This document shows, piece after piece, positions 10,509 to 19,517 of a stretch of 64,000 bases of DNA. Every line of letters starts with the position of its first letter. The stretch's first letter is position 1. A program made the position numbers and the translations under genes. The DNA is taken from contig OZ242383.1 in NCBI GenBank assembly GCA_965209155.1, forward strand, positions 1,728,001-1,792,000, given 5' to 3'. The stretch comes from a bacterium (lineage in GTDB: Bacteria; SAR324; NAC60-12). The notes below the pieces were generated by a model. It had not been told where the DNA came from. It was given only the letters and a program-made list of their open reading frames with translations, and ran no database searches.

Positions 10509-11006
10509 TTACGATTCTCCTCCCCATCTCCGAGTGGAATAAAATATTTTATTGAGTGGGATAAATTCTTTCAATAAGGCAATATTACCGAATTGTTTCG
10601 CTTTGTTGAAGTGCGGTTTGTCATTAGTCACGAATGTGGCATTCATTTGCATAGCAAGTGCATGGCAGATTGCATCGGAATAGCTTGGGTAGCCGCTTTT
10701 TGGGTGTCCGGTCTTAAAAATTTCAACGGCTTTCATGCGCACAGCAACACTTGGTAGTACCACGTTGACAATAGCTTTTTGGATCAATCCGTCAATTCGA
10801 TCAAGGTCTCGCTCGATTTTCTCAGTTTCATCGGAGTTAACTGCTACAATTTCTGTGATTTCATCTAACACAAGTGGCGGCTCAAGAATCACTGCCTTCT
10901 CCTCTGTTGCTTGTTCAATCAGTGACAATGCTTGTTGTTTTAATTCTCGTTCAAACAGGACTTCAAGAAATACGTTGGTATCGAGGACGAGTTTAACGGG
11001 TGCCAT
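10509..11006 (-). CDS. PIN-domain (VapC-like) toxin, apparently intact
   Basis: LVLDTNV, E, YSDAICHALA, FVTND. Start is MAPVK at 11006, overlapping the antitoxin end. Confidence 0.85.
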   Translation of the reverse strand: MAPVKLVLDTNVFLEVLFERELKQQALSLIEQATEEKAVILEPPLVLDEITEIVAVNSDETEKIERDLDRIDGLIQKAIVNVVLPSVAVRMKAVEIFKTGHPKSGYPSYSDAICHALAMQMNATFVTNDKPHFNKAKQFGNIALLKEFIPLNKIFYSTRRWGGES

Positions 11007-11241
11007 ATTTTTCCCAAATTTCCTTGGTTTTGTCTTCACGCATGGCACGTAACACCTGTGTTGGATTCCCATTCATTGTGAGAGGTTCCATGGCAGCAAA
11101 TTCCTCAAAGGCTTTTTGTTTCTCCCCCCGTTTAATGTCTTCAAGAATTAGACGGGTTACATACTGAATCCGTTGTCCGCGCTTCATGGCTTTTACATAT
11201 TTACCTGCTTCATCAGGTAAGGTAATCGTGAACCGATACAT
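10993..11241 (-). CDS. Antitoxin (RHH-like) cognate to the PIN toxin
   Basis: 82 aa, MYRFTITLPDE beta-strand start, strong RBS (AGGAG), overlaps the PIN gene. Confidence 0.7.
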   Translation of the reverse strand: MYRFTITLPDEAGKYVKAMKRGQRIQYVTRLILEDIKRGEKQKAFEEFAAMEPLTMNGNPTQVLRAMREDKTKEIWEKYGTR

Positions 11242-11495
11242 TTTCTCTCCTTTTTTATGTGACGTAGTTAGTGACTAATTAATCACATTATAAGATGGAT
11301 TCCTTGTTGTCAATATGAAATGTCTCCTTCTTTCCTAATGGGTTCGCTTGAAAAAGAGGCCAAGCATTTTTGCAGATTCGTGCATATTATCGCAAGGAAC
11401 TCTTTTGAGAACTTCCAAAACTCGGCTCAAAAAATAATGCGTCATTTCATCAGTTAAAAAAAATTAACCAAATGAAAGATAGTGCTGATGCTAGT

Positions 11496-11780
11496 TAACC
11501 CGAATTCGAGATAAGAATTCAATAAATTCAATATGTTATGGAATCTTCATATCTTAGCAAAACCTTGTCATTCCTGCGAAGATTGTCCCTGCGAAACTTG
11601 TCCTCGCGAAAGCGGGGAGGGGGGAGCAAGAATCCAGAGGAATGCGGAATCAGAAATCCAGTACGAACCCTGGATAACGGATCATCCTGGTCCCGGATCC
11701 AGTCCGGGATGATCCCGGACCAGGATGACAAATACACCAGAATACTCCTATTATTGAAGATTTATGTCGAACTCAGGTTA
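11496..11780. repeat. MITE-like element, family B, carrying nested REP-like palindromes
   Basis: Terminal inverted repeats TAACCCGAATTCGAGATAA / TTATGTCGAACTCAGGTTA. Internal GTCATTCCTGCG...GAATCC units and TCATCCTGGTCC...GGACCAGGATGA are shared with family A. Confidence 0.75.
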
Positions 11781-11998
11781 AATAAATTGCCAATCTTGGG
11801 AATGGAAAAAATTTTGCTTAAAGTCCCGCAAGGTCCATATTTTAGCACCCATGTAGACTGAATGATAAGACTTTTAACGAATGTTGGGCCATTCTGGCCC
11901 AAGAATTGCTGTCATCAAAACAACTGCGGTTTTCTATGGAAGGATCGTATCCGGTCCATGTTATGAAAGATTTTGAGTTAATCTAAAATGAATCTGAA

Positions 11999-12041
11999 AA
12001 AGATTTCCGGATGAAATCTTTGCAGTTCACCATGGAGGGTG
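11999..12041 (+). promoter_or_regulatory. Two GGA-loop hairpins (CsrA-binding-like) in the csrA leader, the second overlapping the RBS
   Basis: AAAGATTTC-CGGAT-GAAATCTTT and CACC-ATGGAG-GGTG; the second matches the CAnGGAnG consensus. Confidence 0.6.
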
Positions 12042-12044
12042 AAA

Positions 12045-12278
12045 ATGCTGATTTTGACAAGGAAACCTGGTGAAAGTATCACCATTGGAGATGATATCAA
12101 GATCCAGGTTATTGAAATCAAAGGAAAACAAGCTCGCTTAGGGATTGATGCTCCTAAGAATTATGTGATTCATCGTGAGGAAATCTACGTCCGGATTCAG
12201 GAAGAAAACAAACATTGTCTTGATAATCCTCAAGTTTCGTTGAATGACATTACTGATTATTTTAAGCAGAAAAGGTAG
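12045..12278 (+). CDS. csrA: Carbon storage regulator CsrA
   Basis: [18 protein letters not shown]...RLGIDAP...IHREEIY. Confidence 0.97.
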   Translation: MLILTRKPGESITIGDDIKIQVIEIKGKQARLGIDAPKNYVIHREEIYVRIQEENKHCLDNPQVSLNDITDYFKQKR

Positions 12279-12309
12279 TAGATTTTCGACTTCAGAACCT
12301 GTAAAAAAT

Positions 12310-12460
12310 ACGATTCCTTCCCTGGTTAAAGGGAGATCAGGTGGAATGATTAACCAGGGTTCATTGAAGATGGATGTCGAACTCGGGTTATTAACAATTC
12401 AGACCCCCGTATTCCCTCCTTTGCCTGGGGAAAGAGACGGTACCTGATTCGCATTAAAAG
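12310..12460. repeat. Degenerate MITE debris (one family B end and one family A end)
   Basis: ATGTCGAACTCGGGTTA near 12374-12390 and CCTGATTCGCATTAA near 12443-12457. Confidence 0.5.
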
Positions 12461-12473
12461 TTAAAACGGGTTC

Positions 12474-13166
12474 TTATTTTGTATTCATTTTCTGCAGCAT
12501 ATTTTGGGCTAACTCACTCAGGTGGTCCAGTGTATGTTGTACTCGTGAACAAGCCAGTTCGTCAGGGATGACATCCATATGAATAGGATTGCCCATCAAC
12601 ACGACGACCTTACTGAAAGGGTAAGGAAAACGCACACCAGAGGAGGAATAGATAAAACTGGAGGGCATTTTACAACTGACAGGAAGGATTTTTTTTTGCT
12701 GATTTTTTGCCAGCTTCACGATTTGCAGGATTGAGAATCCCTGCAAGCAGGAATCCTGCACGGGCACCCAAAGTTGAGGCGCTTGGATTTGTTGGCTGAA
12801 ATTGGATTCCCACTCATCCAATGTTGAATTCAGAGGAGTCTGCCAGAGTCGATATCCCAAATTCTCAATTATACCCACATGCTTGTCCCTGTCAAATTTT
12901 CCAACCACAGGAACCTTGTGTTTTTCTAAGGCGAATAAACAATACAAGAGTTCAGTCGACCGGCAAGTGATAATAAAAGATGCCTGTTGCCGTCGCATTT
13001 CTTCAAGAATTCCCCAATTGATTCCTAAAGTGCGCACGCTGAAGTGGATAACATAAAATCCAAAAAAAATGGCCAATTCGCGAATTGTGGAATTCCAGGA
13101 ACTTCTGCGGGAAATTTGTACCATAGCATAATGAGGAAGAAGTGGACCTGAACGAGAAGATGTCAC
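12474..13166 (-). CDS. Hypothetical protein, divergent DUF374 / lysophospholipid acyltransferase-like
   Basis: C-terminal ILPVS...PYPFSKVVVLMGNPI resembles DUF374 proteins. Catalytic-type motifs are not recognisable and the start is uncertain. Confidence 0.45.
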   Translation of the reverse strand: MTSSRSGPLLPHYAMVQISRRSSWNSTIRELAIFFGFYVIHFSVRTLGINWGILEEMRRQQASFIITCRSTELLYCLFALEKHKVPVVGKFDRDKHVGIIENLGYRLWQTPLNSTLDEWESNFSQQIQAPQLWVPVQDSCLQGFSILQIVKLAKNQQKKILPVSCKMPSSFIYSSSGVRFPYPFSKVVVLMGNPIHMDVIPDELACSRVQHTLDHLSELAQNMLQKMNTK

Positions 13167-13423
13167 ATATTGCCAGAAATTTTGTCAGAAATCAAAATTC
13201 TCTTGCCTCTTGTCAAACTCAAAGGTAATTTGTAGGGTTCAAACAGGGACTTTGGTAGAGATTTTTTAGTAGCTTGGAGTATGAAAACAATGGAAATCGT
13301 TTTTCAATTTTTGAAACAGTTTGACCTCGCGTTGAATTGGTATATTGTTTTTGGCGTGGTTTTTTTCAGTTTCGTCTTGTGTCCCGCAGCAGTCTTCCTT
13401 TATCATTGGGGACGTATTAAAAA

Positions 13424-13667
13424 AATGCGAATCAGGAGTTAAAAAACGTGTCATACCTGGCTTGACCAGGAATCGTCCTGAAGAGGCGATATTCGTCGGC
13501 ATCGCAAGTGTTAAAAACGTGTCATACCTGGCTTGACCAGGAATCCAGGTGGATACGGGCGACATTATGGATGCCGGATCACCCTGGACTCGATCCGGGA
13601 CCAGTATGACACATCAAAATTTTGAATTTTTGATTTTATAAATAAAATTTAACTCCTGATTCGCATT
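13424..13667. repeat. MITE-like element, family A, with an internal 36/37-bp duplication around a 35-bp insert
   Basis: Perfect terminal inverted repeats ATGCGAATCAGGAGTTAAA / TTTAACTCCTGATTCGCAT; direct repeats at 13438-13474 and 13510-13545. Confidence 0.85.
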
Positions 13668-13753
13668 AAAAAGCAAATAGATATCGGAAAATTTTAATTC
13701 CCAGGTAGAGCGCAATTTTCTACAGGGGAATCATATTCATAAGGAGATGAATT

Positions 13754-15268
13754 ATGTTGTATCGATTTAAAAAACAGGGATTCGTATTACTGACCATTTT
13801 TCTTTTCTGCATTTCCTTCAAACAGGTAGAAGCGCGAGAGCAGTTGGTGGTCGCCTTGACTGCCATGCCGAAAACCCTGGATCCACGTTTTGCAGTGGAT
13901 TCCAACGGCTGGGGCATGAACCTGCAATTGGTTTATGGCGCGCTGGTCCAGTTGGACTATAACCTGAAGGTCGTTCCGGACCTGGCAGAACGTTGGGAAC
14001 GACCGGATGCCACCAGTTATGTCTTTCACCTGAGAAAAGATGCTCGCTTTTCCAATGGTGATCCCCTTACGGCATCTGACGTGAAATATACTTTCGACTC
14101 GGTAATGGACGAACAAACCAAATCCCCCTTCATCGGGATCAAGTCTTCCATCAACGGCGTAGAGGTTATCGATTCTCACACGATCCGATTTGAAGCGCCG
14201 GAAAATATGCCGGAAGTCACTTACTTGCTCAACCTGTTCATTCCCGTGTTTCAAAAGCCTGCGGATAATGAGGAATTGGTATTAGTGGGTGCAGGCCCCT
14301 TTCAATTGAAAGAGCAGAATGTTTCGGACATCGTACTCACGCCCAATCCGCATTTTTCTGGTAAAAAACCGGCATTGCAGCAAATCGTATTCAAAGTGAT
14401 CAAAGACGACAATACCCGTTTCTTGAAATTCAGGAAAGGAGATGTGGATTTTGCCCTCAATGCCTTACCGGCAGATAAAATCAAGCAGTTTGAAGAAGGG
14501 GATTTGGCAGAGATGTTTCAAGTACTGGAAGGTCCGTCGTTGCGTTATCAATACCTGGGATTCAATACCGAACATCCGATATTGAAACACAGGGCCGTCC
14601 GGCAAGCTTTCGCCCACGCCATCAACCGGGATGAGTTGGTTGAATTCCTGATGCACAATCACGCGGCCAAAGCAGATAGCCTGCTTACCCCCCAAAATGA
14701 ATTTCACACGACAAATCTTTCCCGCTATGAGTATGATCCCGAAAAAGCGGCCGCCCTGTTGGATGAGGCGGGATTTCTCCTCAAAGATGGGAAAAGGTTT
14801 ACCATTGAATACAAAACTTCCACTAATAAAATGCGCCAGCGTTTGGGTCGCATCATCAAAGATCAGTTGAAACAGGTCGGTATTGAAATCGAAGTACGCT
14901 CATTTGAATGGGGGACTTTTTTTGGGGACGTCAAAGCGGGGAATTTTGAGGTGTATTCCCTTGCATGGAGCGGTGTTTCGGATCCTGATTTCTTTTACAG
15001 CGCCTTCCATTCCACGCAATTCCCACCCGGACGAAACCGCGTGAGATACGTCAATGCGGAGTTGGATCGATTGGTGGAAGCAGGCAGGGTGGAAAATGAC
15101 TTTGAAAAGCGTAAAGCCATCTATGTTGAGGTTCAACAACTACTGAGCCAGGAACTTCCCTATTTGGGACTTTGGTATGCCAACAACCTGGCGATTCTGA
15201 AAAAAGACGTCCAAGGCTATCGTCTTCATCCCACCGGCGGTTTCCATTCGTTCCTCGAGATTCATTGA
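13754..15268 (+). CDS. ABC transporter substrate-binding protein, family 5 (DppA/OppA-like), orphan
   Basis: TLDP, PDLAERW, FHLRKDARFSNGDPLTASDV, GAGPF, VRQAFAHAINR, YDPEKA; no adjacent permeases. Confidence 0.92.
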   Translation: MLYRFKKQGFVLLTIFLFCISFKQVEAREQLVVALTAMPKTLDPRFAVDSNGWGMNLQLVYGALVQLDYNLKVVPDLAERWERPDATSYVFHLRKDARFSNGDPLTASDVKYTFDSVMDEQTKSPFIGIKSSINGVEVIDSHTIRFEAPENMPEVTYLLNLFIPVFQKPADNEELVLVGAGPFQLKEQNVSDIVLTPNPHFSGKKPALQQIVFKVIKDDNTRFLKFRKGDVDFALNALPADKIKQFEEGDLAEMFQVLEGPSLRYQYLGFNTEHPILKHRAVRQAFAHAINRDELVEFLMHNHAAKADSLLTPQNEFHTTNLSRYEYDPEKAAALLDEAGFLLKDGKRFTIEYKTSTNKMRQRLGRIIKDQLKQVGIEIEVRSFEWGTFFGDVKAGNFEVYSLAWSGVSDPDFFYSAFHSTQFPPGRNRVRYVNAELDRLVEAGRVENDFEKRKAIYVEVQQLLSQELPYLGLWYANNLAILKKDVQGYRLHPTGGFHSFLEIH

Positions 15269-15404
15269 TTTTTCTGATGCCGTGCCCCGAACCTGTTCAA
15301 ACTCCGGGCACGGTGATTCCGCGTTGCGTGCTTCCTTAAGAAAAGGTACATTGAATCGATACGGATCATCTGAATCTCATCTAACAAATGATCAACATGC
15401 AGAC

Positions 15405-15635
15405 ATGCAAACTTTAACCGTTATTAGTCCTCAAACAGTTATTCATAGCGACCCGGAAATCATGGGAGGGACTCCCTGTTTTAAAGGAACCCGTGTCCCT
15501 GTCAAAAATCTGTTTGATTATTTGGAGGAGGGGGAATCTTTGAAATTTTTTTTTGAAGACTTTCCAAGAGTGACAAAAAAACAAGTAGAAGCCGTTCTTG
15601 AATTATCCAAGCAATCCTTACTTGATAATTTATGA
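15405..15635 (+). CDS. DUF433-family antitoxin
   Basis: IHSDPEIMGGTPCFKGTRVPV...FEDFP. Confidence 0.9.
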   Translation: MQTLTVISPQTVIHSDPEIMGGTPCFKGTRVPVKNLFDYLEEGESLKFFFEDFPRVTKKQVEAVLELSKQSLLDNL

Positions 15636-15740
15636 ATATTCTACTTGATGAGTGTGTTCCTAAAAGGCTAAAGCAACACTTATTATTCCTTTCCTACCAC
15701 GGATTGAAGAAGCGATTAAAACCATCGATTCCATCTTGGC
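15632..15740 (+). pseudogene. DUF5615 PIN-like toxin, internally deleted
   Basis: N-terminus MNILLDECVPKRLKQHL is followed within about 10 bp, in another frame, by C-terminal-like IPFLPRIEEAIKTID. Confidence 0.7.
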
Positions 15741-16045
15741 TGATCGATATGCGCTCGCTCGTTGTCGATGCAGGCCTCTTGGCAAAGTGGCAGCAAGTTG
15801 TCGATGCTCTGGTCGTCGAGGGCGTCACGCAACTCGCACCCTACTCGGAGTAATCGCGTTCATCACGCCAGACGCGAAAGATTTAGATGAAATTACCTGC
15901 GGGTGAAAAACTCTTGAGCTCAAGACAATTTCTCGATACCAATACGCAATTCTGATAAATTTCTAGCAGGATGTGAGACATCCTCTCAGATGATGGTAAT
16001 TTTTTTTTCAGATACGAAATAAAAATCAGGGATTGCTCCTGGTCT

Positions 16046-16488
16046 TCATCTGCCGTTTTTTTCCTGGCTTTTTGCCTTTAAACAGCTTTCCAACCTTTCG
16101 TAATCACCCAGGTGAACCTTCATCAGACTTTTCCAGAGTTTGCCATGATTCGGAACGAAAAAATGAAGCAGTTCGTGCGCAATCACGTAATCCCAAAGTT
16201 CATCGTCAAGACCTAGCAACTCGTTGTTGAAGTTCAGGTGGCCGTTGGTTGAACAGGAGGCCCACTTGTTGCGCATCGGCTTATCGAGATACATGGCGTA
16301 GAGCAGCGGCGCGTCAAAGCCGGTCAATAGTTTCTCGGTGACAATGAGGATCTTCGGTTGCTGGTCGAACTTGCGGAAACGCTTGCGAACCTGTCGTTCC
16401 GCCGCCTTGATCATGGTGAAGGTTTTGCCGCTTCCCTGCGTATGCCAGACGAGGCCGCGGGTGCGCTCGGGGGCCAGCGCGCGCTCGA
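16046..16488 (-). pseudogene. hsdR: Collapsed hsdR fragments fused to the C-terminus of an M48/YgjP-type metallopeptidase
   Basis: [16 protein letters not shown] (HsdR Walker A), then [25 protein letters not shown] (HsdR), then NKWASCS...YVIAHELLH...PNHGK (YgjP, HExxH). Confidence 0.85.
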
Positions 16489-17395
16489 CTGGTGACTTTC
16501 TGGAGGCGCTTGAAGTGATATTAGGTAAAGGAACGGCGGGTTTGTCTGCTAAAACAGTCAGTCTCCTTAAATCAAGCTGGTATGAGGATTGGAAAGCCTG
16601 GAAACAACGTGATCTCTCCAGGAGCCATTATGTTTATCTTTGGGTCGATGGCGTGTACTGCAATGTGAGGATGGATAAAGATAAACAATGCCTCTTGGTG
16701 ATTGTGGGGGCGACAGAAAATGGAGATAAAGAGCTCGTTGCCTTGGAAGATGGATACCGGGAAAGCGAGCAATCCTGGTCGGAGTTGCTGATGGATCTGA
16801 AGCATCGAGGATTGACCGAAGCACCTGAAATCGCTGTGGGAGACGGAGCAATGGGATTTTGGAAAGCTTTGAAAAAAGTCTATCCTCAGAGCAAAGAGCA
16901 GCGCTGTTGGAGGCACAAAACGGGGAACATTCTCAACTATTTGCCAAAAAGGGAGCAAGCTAAAGCCAAAGACCGTCTCCATCAAATTTGGATGGCCAGC
17001 AGCAAAGAGGAAGCTATTTAAGCCTAGAAGCATTTTGTTGACATGTATGAGGCTAAATATCCTAAGCCACTCACTGCTTAATTAAAGATAAGGAGACCTT
17101 GATGGCCTTCTATGATTTCCCGGCAGAGCATTGGAGGCACCTGAGAACGAGTAATCCCATTGAATCCACCTTCGCGACTGTCAAACTGAGAACTGCAAAA
17201 GTAAGAGGTTGTTTCTCAAGAAATACCGTCTTGACGATGGCATTCAAATTGATGGAATCTGCTCAGAAAAATTGGATCCGACTACACGGTTTTAAACGAT
17301 TAGCCGAAGTGATAGAGGGAGTGCAATTTGTCGATGGAATTCCTCAATACAGGATCGCCGCCTATATAGCCATCCCCAGAATTTGACTATAACTC
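16486..17395 (+). mobile_element. IS256-family element, 5'-truncated, transposase frameshifted
   Basis: YLWVDGVY, GYRESEQSW, AVGDGAMGFW, QRCWRHK; frame break near 17020; RTSNPIESTF; end ...AATTTGACTATAACTC. Confidence 0.9.
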
Positions 17396-17433
17396 TTTAC
17401 ATGCCTATTGCTAGCTGCTATGATCTCATGTAT

Positions 17434-17460
17434 TTTTTGATTTTCCTACTATGTGGAAAA
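17434..17460. promoter_or_regulatory. Operator-like palindrome, shared with 38016-38040
   Basis: TTTTTGATTTTCCTACTATGTGGAAAA here versus TTTTTGATTTTCCTATGTGGAAAA there. Confidence 0.45.
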
Positions 17461-17602
17461 AAGTTGTATTTTTTTTGGATATAAGATATTTTCCTGAAAT
17501 TCTCATATTTTTATGGGGTTCCGGAGAGGAATCCAGGTGGTCTGGTTTCCACATGCGCTGGTTGGCGCAATTATCATTAACATAATCCAATTGGAGGATA
17601 AA

Positions 17603-19435
17603 ATGTTAAAATTACGTAAGAAACTGTTGGCTCTCATGGCAGGGCTGTTGGTGGCAGGCGTGGCGTCTGCGGCGGAAATGGTAAAAATTCCATTAACGAA
17701 ACTGGATGGGACTGTCATGACCAAAGAGATGGAGGTTCCCGTCTACGGAGGCTTGGTGAACAGCGATGGCCCCTACGGGGTCGAGGGATGGGACCCACGA
17801 TTTACCGCGTGGGTCGCTATGCAGGCGGTTATCTCTCAAGATGGCATGATTGAGCCAAACTGGTATGTGGGACAAAGAGGCACCGAGGAATTCGATTTTG
17901 CGCGCAACTCCCCGATCATTAAATACTATGGTCCAGGGACGTTTGAATCCTACGCCTTCCACGGTCCCAATCGGTTGGTTGGTCGGCTCCGCCAGGGTAT
18001 GACCTTCTGGGGAAAGGACGATGTAGTCCTTGTCAATGATCAAATGGCCAATGACTACGGCCGGGAATTCACTGCCGATGACCTGATCGCGGCATGGGAG
18101 GAATCTGCCAGATTCTCTCAGTCCTTCCATTACGGCAAACGCAATAATTACACGTTTACCGCGTTGGATCGGTACACCATTCAGATCGATACCACGGTAC
18201 CCGATCCCACCGGGGTCCTCTGGTTGAATCTTGCTGGGCTCATGTTTCCCCATACCCCGGCTTCCTACTGGGACGAAGCTGTCGACAAAAACGATTGGAA
18301 AAATCGTCTCACCATTGGAGCGTTTATCCCCTCGGAGTGGCAGCAAGGTGTGCAAACCACCTTCAAAAAGAACCCCAACTACTGGCAGTATGACCCCTTC
18401 TTTCCCCAGAACCGGTTACCCTACCTCGATTTTTACCGGTACATCGTCTTTGACGATATCACCACGAAAGTGGCTGCGTTACGCACCTACAAGCTCGATG
18501 TCCTCAACCAGGATGTACAAAGTGTGCCATGGCAGGATTATGAAAGTATCCAGGAAACGAACCCGGATATCCAAGGGGCTGTGGCCTCGCCTGCCACCCT
18601 GTGGCTTCAGGTCAGGATGGACCAACTCGAGTCGAAGAGTCCCTGGGTCAATAAGAAGGTGCGGCATGCCGCCCTGATGGCCATCCCCCATTTCGAAGTC
18701 GCTCAAGAATACTACAAGGGCAACTCAACCCCCTATTTCTATATGACCTACGAGCATTGGAAACCCCTATACATCAGCTATGAAGAGCTGCAAGCGGAAC
18801 GCCCCGAACTCGCGGAACTGTGGCAATACAATCCGGAAAAAGCGAAGCAACTGCTTGCCGAGGCCGGCTATCCCGATGGCTTTGATACCGTCATCCATAC
18901 CCGGCCGGACCACCAGCACTGGGTTGAACTCTACCAGGGCTACTTCCAGGATGTGGGCATTCGGGCCGAGGTCAAAGTGATGGAGGCGACCCAACTCCGC
19001 TCCATGCAGATGAGCATGGACCCCAATGTGTTCGTGGTGGGTACCGATGCCGGCAATCCGGAGTGGGGTCCCACCAACGAAATCGTCTATTTTGCACATC
19101 CGACTGATGGGGTCATCCCCGCTCATGGCCGGTGTGAAGACGGAGTCGGCGCCGAAGGGTGCTATAAAGACGACTGGTTGGTGAAGAACTTCGATGATTT
19201 GCAAAATCTGACCGACTTGGAGTCCTATACCAAGAAGTGGCGTGAGCTGGCCCTCCACCTGACTGATATGCAGTATTCCATCCAGGTGCCGGATGAACAA
19301 CAATTCCGCATGTGGCAGGGTTGGATCAAAGGCTACCATGGGGCCAATCGGCCGGTGGAGGACCGCGTGTTCAAGTACGTGTGGATCGATGCTGCGGAGA
19401 AGAAGCAGCGCAGTGGACGTGAGGCCAACGAGTAA
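17603..19435 (+). CDS. ABC transporter substrate-binding protein, family 5
   Basis: RBS GGAGG and signal peptide MLKLRKK...ASA; PVYGG, REFTADD, KNPNYW, LPYLD, YNPEKAKQLLAEAGYPDGF. Confidence 0.9.
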   Translation: MLKLRKKLLALMAGLLVAGVASAAEMVKIPLTKLDGTVMTKEMEVPVYGGLVNSDGPYGVEGWDPRFTAWVAMQAVISQDGMIEPNWYVGQRGTEEFDFARNSPIIKYYGPGTFESYAFHGPNRLVGRLRQGMTFWGKDDVVLVNDQMANDYGREFTADDLIAAWEESARFSQSFHYGKRNNYTFTALDRYTIQIDTTVPDPTGVLWLNLAGLMFPHTPASYWDEAVDKNDWKNRLTIGAFIPSEWQQGVQTTFKKNPNYWQYDPFFPQNRLPYLDFYRYIVFDDITTKVAALRTYKLDVLNQDVQSVPWQDYESIQETNPDIQGAVASPATLWLQVRMDQLESKSPWVNKKVRHAALMAIPHFEVAQEYYKGNSTPYFYMTYEHWKPLYISYEELQAERPELAELWQYNPEKAKQLLAEAGYPDGFDTVIHTRPDHQHWVELYQGYFQDVGIRAEVKVMEATQLRSMQMSMDPNVFVVGTDAGNPEWGPTNEIVYFAHPTDGVIPAHGRCEDGVGAEGCYKDDWLVKNFDDLQNLTDLESYTKKWRELALHLTDMQYSIQVPDEQQFRMWQGWIKGYHGANRPVEDRVFKYVWIDAAEKKQRSGREANE

Positions 19436-19464
19436 CCCTTGACTCAAGCCAATTCCAACAACAG

Positions 19465-19500
19465 GGCTGGGGGATCAAGCATTTCCCAGCCTTTTTTTTT
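19465..19500 (+). terminator. Intrinsic terminator/attenuator between the SBP and permease genes
   Basis: GGCTGGG...CCCAGCC stem followed by T9. Confidence 0.75.
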
Positions 19501-19517
19501 CATAATCCCTAACGTGT

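Noticed and set aside
11528..11861. Short ORFs across the palindromic repeats (also 13266-13565)
   Set aside because: They are open frames produced by repeat sequence, without RBS or protein-like composition.
13438..13545. Calling this a bona fide CRISPR array
   Set aside because: It has only two repeats, sits inside a MITE and has no cas genes in the window; it is kept only as a hypothesis under findings.
17010..17030. Programmed frameshift in the IS256 transposase (similarly ISAzo13 near 25092)
   Set aside because: There is no clear slippery heptamer with a stimulator, and both elements carry other lesions.
17693..19447. 220- and 226-aa minus-strand ORFs (and similar ones opposite dppC, PhyH and ADH)
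   Set aside because: They are antisense shadows of well-supported genes.
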